From: a virus
Taxonomy: Duplodnaviria > Caudoviricetes
Length of the DNA stretch: 38,241 nucleotides
Reading direction: 5' to 3' (one strand)
IMG/VR virus record: IMGVR_UViG_3300017914_001399
Coordinates: 1 to 38,241 of that record
This document shows, one piece after another, positions 34,378 to 38,241 of the stretch. A program made the position numbers and the translations under genes. Numbering within the stretch: the first letter of the stretch is position 1; the number at the start of each line of letters is the position of its first letter. Below the pieces are notes generated by a model. That model was given only the letters and a program-made list of their open reading frames with translations, ran no database searches and was not told where the DNA came from.

Positions 34378-34566
34378 ATGAACATGACACTAATCACAGC
34401 GAAAACAGGCTTTTACAACTTAAGTAAAGCAAATGAAATTGCTGATTATATGAATAAGTCCGACCTTGATTGGACTTACAATGTAATTGATTGCGAAAAC
34501 GGCCTTGGTCGCATTGATATCTATGATGAGGATAGTGAATTGGTAATTGAAGGCTTCATTCTGTAA
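34378..34566 (+). CDS. Early hypothetical protein (62 aa)
   Basis: SD AGGTG; first ORF after the promoter. Confidence 0.8.
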   Translation: MNMTLITAKTGFYNLSKANEIADYMNKSDLDWTYNVIDCENGLGRIDIYDEDSELVIEGFIL

Positions 34567-34640
34567 GTCTAATTTTTAAAGTTGGAATCTTTGAAAAGAG
34601 CGTAGACAATACAGTTAAATAACATTAAACAGGTGAAAAA

Positions 34641-34835
34641 ATGAAATTGCATGAACAAGTTAAGCAATTGAAGGCTGAAAAAGAATCGCTATTGGATGGT
34701 ATTATTGAATTACAAAGGTATATTAATTCCAGTAAATTTTATCAGGATACCACTGTACAAATTAGTGATATTGATTTACGAATTAATGAAATTAAAAAAG
34801 ATTTATTCAAATTAGAAGTTGAGGAAACAATGTAA
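34641..34835 (+). CDS. Early coiled-coil hypothetical protein (64 aa)
   Basis: SD AGGTGA. Confidence 0.8.
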   Translation: MKLHEQVKQLKAEKESLLDGIIELQRYINSSKFYQDTTVQISDIDLRINEIKKDLFKLEVEETM

Positions 34836-35419
34836 TGAACACCAAACTATTCTTTCAAATTATTAGCAGTTGTCTAGTTGTAAGCCCTAAAAAAGATGTT
34901 CGCTACTATTTTAACGGTATTCATATTAAACAAGATGATAACGGTCTATTAATTGAATCCACGGATGGACATAGACTCATTCGCTATCAATACACTTATA
35001 AGTTACAAGGTATAGAAGAGTTCGATGTGATACTGGATATCAATTACATCAAGCCTATGCTGGATAAAATGAAAGCAAGGAACTACCACAAGACAGACGT
35101 TTCAGATGTGACAGTGTGTAGCGTAGATGGGCAGTTTATTAACTTTAATTTTGATACTGTTAAAATTGTAGATGGAAAATTCCCTGATTGTAATCGAGTG
35201 ATATGGAAACACGACAAGTATTCCAGACCTGTTAAGGAGTATGGTATTAATTTAGATTACTTGTCAGATATTGCCAAGATACAAAAGCCATTCAAGGCTG
35301 GTAAGTTTAATGGCTGTAAACTAGAATTTAAAAGTGAAGTGGATAGTGTAAAATTCACTTATCCAACTAATGAGGACGGACTGGAAATGTTAGGTTTGAT
35401 AATGCCATGTAGAATTTAG
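34835..35419 (+). CDS. Truncated DNA polymerase III beta-clamp-like protein
   Basis: DVRYYFNG, STDGHRL, VDGKFPD.NRV, YGINLDYL.D, LIMPCRI, collinear with DnaN domain II/III motifs. Confidence 0.85.
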   Translation: MNTKLFFQIISSCLVVSPKKDVRYYFNGIHIKQDDNGLLIESTDGHRLIRYQYTYKLQGIEEFDVILDINYIKPMLDKMKARNYHKTDVSDVTVCSVDGQFINFNFDTVKIVDGKFPDCNRVIWKHDKYSRPVKEYGINLDYLSDIAKIQKPFKAGKFNGCKLEFKSEVDSVKFTYPTNEDGLEMLGLIMPCRI

Positions 35420-35474
35420 TTAATAAGCTATAGTCTATACAGCTATTACAGTGTAGACTATGACGTATTAATTG
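35417..35474 (+). promoter_or_regulatory. Long hairpin with internal loop, RNase III-like site
   Basis: UAUAGUCUAUAC/GUGUAGACUAUG (12 bp) plus outer UAGUUAAUA/UAUUAAUUG (9 bp). Confidence 0.6.
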
Positions 35475-35496
35475 ATTTAATTAAGAGGATAGATAA

Positions 35497-36177
35497 ATGA
35501 ATCTGCTTACTCACTACAGTGCAAAATTAGATAAAAGTCAAAATGACAAGTGGCTAAATGCCATAATGTATTTACAGCCAAGTTATGACTACAAGGTTAT
35601 GTGCAAAGGCAGTAGCGAAGGCTGCCGTAGGAGTTGCCTTGTAAATTCTGGAAGAATGCTTATGCCTACGGCTATCAAAGCTAGAACTACTAGAACTGAT
35701 ATGTTCATAAATAACAATGAACTATTCAATGCCGAGTTAACAGTGGAAATTAACGAATTAATACTAGAGGCTAACAAGCAAGGCAAAAGAGTGGCTATCC
35801 GCTTGAATGGGACAAGTGACTTAGACTTTAGCGGTATTTATAAGAAGTTTCCGCAAGTACAGTTCTACGAATACACTAAGCGAATAGACTTAGTTAAAAA
35901 GAACAAAGACATTTCTAATGTTTACTATACATTTAGTAAACACGAAAATCATTCTTGGAAGAATGTAAAAAACCTGATTGATAATGGGATAAATGTAACT
36001 GTAGTTTTTGATAGAAATAAACATGAATTACCTAGCAGTGTACAAGGTATGAAAGTTATAGACGGAGATAAACACGACCGTAGATTTGAAGACCTAAAAG
36101 GCAGTATCGTGGGCTTAAGTCTCAAAGGTACTAACAAAGTTAAACAGGTAGCTAGAACAACTGGCTTTGCAATCTAA
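35497..36177 (+). CDS. Gp88-like protein (Cys cluster, radical-SAM-like)
   Basis: C-x6-C-x3-C (CKGSSEGCRRSC), RLNGTSDL, QFYEYTK, DGD.HD.RF.D..G.IVGL..KG. Confidence 0.75.
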   Translation: MNLLTHYSAKLDKSQNDKWLNAIMYLQPSYDYKVMCKGSSEGCRRSCLVNSGRMLMPTAIKARTTRTDMFINNNELFNAELTVEINELILEANKQGKRVAIRLNGTSDLDFSGIYKKFPQVQFYEYTKRIDLVKKNKDISNVYYTFSKHENHSWKNVKNLIDNGINVTVVFDRNKHELPSSVQGMKVIDGDKHDRRFEDLKGSIVGLSLKGTNKVKQVARTTGFAI

Positions 36178-36196
36178 TTTAATAGGAAAATATATC

Positions 36197-37060
36197 ATGA
36201 ACAATGTAATTGCTTTTACTACTAACACGGATACAAAAGTTTATTCCGATGAACAACAGCAACTTGAACAATCCACCCGACTATTCCATGTAGATACGGA
36301 AAGATTGTTGCGTCCCAATGGAGATATTATTCCAAAAAGGAAGGGTATATTTGTCGAGGACACATGTGTGAATGTAGTATCTGACAGATATAAAGTTGTA
36401 CAGCCTAATGAAATTGTAGATACGTTTACCAGTGCAACGGGCTTAACCATTGATAGTATGTTAACGAACAAGGCAAAAGGTAGCCTACTAATCAAGGCAT
36501 TCTTGGCTAATCCATACATAGACGGAGAAGAGCATAGAATAAACCTGACATTCTACACTTCACACTGTGGGAAGTATAAAACATTCCTCAGTATGCAAGC
36601 ATTGCGTATGCTATGTGAGAATCAATTGCCAGCTATCACCAAGGACACGGGGCTTTACTTAATGAGTAGTAAGCACTATTCCGAGTTTAACTTTCAAGAG
36701 TTGGCAGACACATTAGAAACTTTGCCTCTACATATGAAGAATTTCAAAGACCAATATGTGGAATTAAAGGATGTAACACTGAGTAAGAAACAATTTCTTG
36801 AACTATTTGTAGAACAATTTAAAATCAATACGAATAGTACAAGAGGGAACAATATAATTGAGGCTATGAGATACAATTATGATAATGCTAGAGGACAAAG
36901 AGAGTGCCCTAGTGATTCAGGTTATAAGGCTTATCAGGCACTAACTTACCACCTTACACATAATGGAAGGGATACAGTGAACAAAATGGAACAACAAAAC
37001 ATTGAGAATATGAAGCGTTGTTTCACCTTACGAGAAGCTATTATGGAGGCGGCAGCTTAG
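36197..37060 (+). CDS. DUF932 family protein
   Basis: VVSDRYKVVQ..E, SH.G, RMLCEN, AYQALTY..TH; ATG 36197 after AGGA preferred as start. Confidence 0.75.
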   Translation: MNNVIAFTTNTDTKVYSDEQQQLEQSTRLFHVDTERLLRPNGDIIPKRKGIFVEDTCVNVVSDRYKVVQPNEIVDTFTSATGLTIDSMLTNKAKGSLLIKAFLANPYIDGEEHRINLTFYTSHCGKYKTFLSMQALRMLCENQLPAITKDTGLYLMSSKHYSEFNFQELADTLETLPLHMKNFKDQYVELKDVTLSKKQFLELFVEQFKINTNSTRGNNIIEAMRYNYDNARGQRECPSDSGYKAYQALTYHLTHNGRDTVNKMEQQNIENMKRCFTLREAIMEAAA

Positions 37061-37072
37061 GCTGTCCCTTTC
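37051..37072 (+). terminator. Weak terminator-like hairpin
   Basis: GGCAGC-TTAG-GCTGTC followed by CCTTTC. Confidence 0.4.
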
Positions 37073-37086
37073 TAGGAGATTAAAAA

Positions 37087-37320
37087 ATGAAAACAATCAT
37101 CCATGTAAGTCAACACATCATAAAAGAGAATAGAAAAACTGGAGAGTTTAAACCTGTACTCACTTGCAAAACTTACAAGGACAACCGCTACGCCTTTGAA
37201 GCTGAGGTATTAGATAGAAATGGAGAAGTGGCGGCTAAGGTGGTGTATAGTCCTGATAAGCCGCTATCCTGCGGGGCGCATGTGTGGATTGAAACTCAAA
37301 ATGAAGTGGTGACAAAATGA
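37087..37320 (+). CDS. Conserved small phage protein (77 aa)
   Basis: IHV.QH.I..N......PV.T.KT...VVYSPDKPLSCGA.VWIET pattern; SD AGGAG. Confidence 0.8.
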   Translation: MKTIIHVSQHIIKENRKTGEFKPVLTCKTYKDNRYAFEAEVLDRNGEVAAKVVYSPDKPLSCGAHVWIETQNEVVTK

Positions 37321-37400
37321 TATTCTTACATAATGGGATATACATGACATTAGAAGAGTTAGTGGATTGGATTAAATATAAAGAGGAATATGAAGGATGA
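37317..37400 (+). CDS. 27-aa ORF MIFLHNGIYMTLEELVDWIKYKEEYEG
   Basis: ATGA overlaps at both ends. Confidence 0.55.
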   Translation: MIFLHNGIYMTLEELVDWIKYKEEYEG

Positions 37401-37474
37401 TTATTGGAATAGTATTAGGCTGTGTTATAATGACAATTGTCGTATGTCTACTGGAGGATAATAGAAATGACTAA
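37397..37474 (+). CDS. 25-aa single-TM peptide MIIGIVLGCVIMTIVVCLLEDNRND
   Basis: ATGA overlap; GAGG upstream; hydrophobic. Confidence 0.55.
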   Translation: MIIGIVLGCVIMTIVVCLLEDNRND

Positions 37475-37865
37475 TCAAGAAATTTTAGAAAACGCTCCAA
37501 TCGGTGCTTGGTGTGTAGACAAAACCGATTCTTATTTTGATTCATTCGGCAATAAACTAAACAAGCAAGGTGATTGGGGTCTTTCCGACGAAAGTCCTGT
37601 AGAGCCTCGCTGTATAAAGGACATAGAGCGCATTGTTGAGTTGGAAAATACCTTACATGAGAGGACTATCAATGCATCAAAAAGAATAGTCGAGCTTGAG
37701 CAGGTATTGGAGGAAATTTGTTACGACATGGAGTGTGAAATTGAAAACAAATACCAGTGTTTAAGAGGCTATGCTAGTTCAGAAGCCAACAGAAAAAGAG
37801 ATTTATCTGTAGTTGTAGAGGCTAGAAAAGCATTAAGTCAAACAAAGGAGCTAGATAATGGATGA
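37467..37865 (+). CDS. Hypothetical protein with RIVELE coiled-coil repeat
   Basis: ATG 37467 after GGAGG; ILENAPIGA N-terminus. Confidence 0.75.
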   Translation: MTNQEILENAPIGAWCVDKTDSYFDSFGNKLNKQGDWGLSDESPVEPRCIKDIERIVELENTLHERTINASKRIVELEQVLEEICYDMECEIENKYQCLRGYASSEANRKRDLSVVVEARKALSQTKELDNG

Positions 37866-38058
37866 TGTGAACAAAATTCTAATGAGAGAGCATAAGAAAG
37901 AATTTTCAAAGCAAAAACGCACCGAGCTATTGCAGGTTGCCACTCAATTGGCTGCTGGAGATGATTGTAGGGATGTAGATTTTAGCTACATCAATAAGCT
38001 TGCAGTGGAACAAGCCAAACACTTAATAAGCTTGGTTGATAAGGAGTTTGAACAATGA
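37858..38058 (+). CDS. Hypothetical protein (66 aa)
   Basis: SD AAGGAG. Confidence 0.75.
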   Translation: MDDVNKILMREHKKEFSKQKRTELLQVATQLAAGDDCRDVDFSYINKLAVEQAKHLISLVDKEFEQ

Positions 38059-38241
38059 AACTACTACCAATTATTATACATAAAGATAATTTAAAGAACG
38101 ATGCTAATGGGCGTAACTACATAGGCTTAGTGTATATCAATCCTGCTAGACCCTGTTGGAAGGCTGTATTATGTCAGGAAATAAATGAAGCTATGCTGAA
38201 ATTAAATCCTATACGTTTATTGGAGGTTGTGTTTAGCGAGA
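38055..38241 (+). CDS. Hypothetical protein, runs off the window end (MKLLPIIIHKDN...)
   Basis: ATGA overlap; SD AAGGAG; open to the window edge. Confidence 0.65.
   Translation, partial: MKLLPIIIHKDNLKNDANGRNYIGLVYINPARPCWKAVLCQEINEAMLKLNPIRLLEVVFSE

Noticed and set aside
1-38241. Stop-codon reassignment, or introns/inteins in terminase or capsid genes
   Set aside because: Genes are intact and of normal length under the standard code, all three stops are used, and no intein motifs were seen.

Overview
AT-rich, densely coding fragment of a lytic podovirus genome. Gene content and order resemble T7-supergroup phages lacking their own RNA polymerase (Zobellviridae-like: SIO1/VpV262/RIO-1/PA11 type; inference from motifs and synteny). 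The host is probably a marine gammaproteobacterium. 1-5082 (+) is the end of the replication/middle arm: SSB, 5'-3' exonuclease, HNH nucleases, metallophosphoesterase, lysozyme-like enzyme and small membrane proteins. It ends at a convergent hairpin near 5090. 5101-33513 (-) is the whole late arm: 3TM holin, two tail spikes with paralogous N-termini, TerS, TerL, portal, scaffold, major capsid, decoration protein, adaptor, a nozzle split into two genes, internal virion proteins and accessory fibre-like genes. 33514-34377 is a non-coding, palindrome-rich divergent control region that probably contains the genome ends. 34378-38241 (+) is the start of the early arm, behind a sigma70 promoter: beta-clamp-like, Gp88-like and DUF932 proteins. 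Most notable observations: (1) an HNH gene flanked by an exact 18-bp direct repeat that duplicates the end of the gene it invaded; (2) a candidate promoter, hairpin and intrinsic terminator directly ahead of the first late gene, a possible attenuator; (3) an internally deleted beta-clamp homologue that keeps the peptide-binding pocket motifs; (4) a near-consensus CsrA hairpin. All family assignments come from motif recognition by eye; no searches were run.
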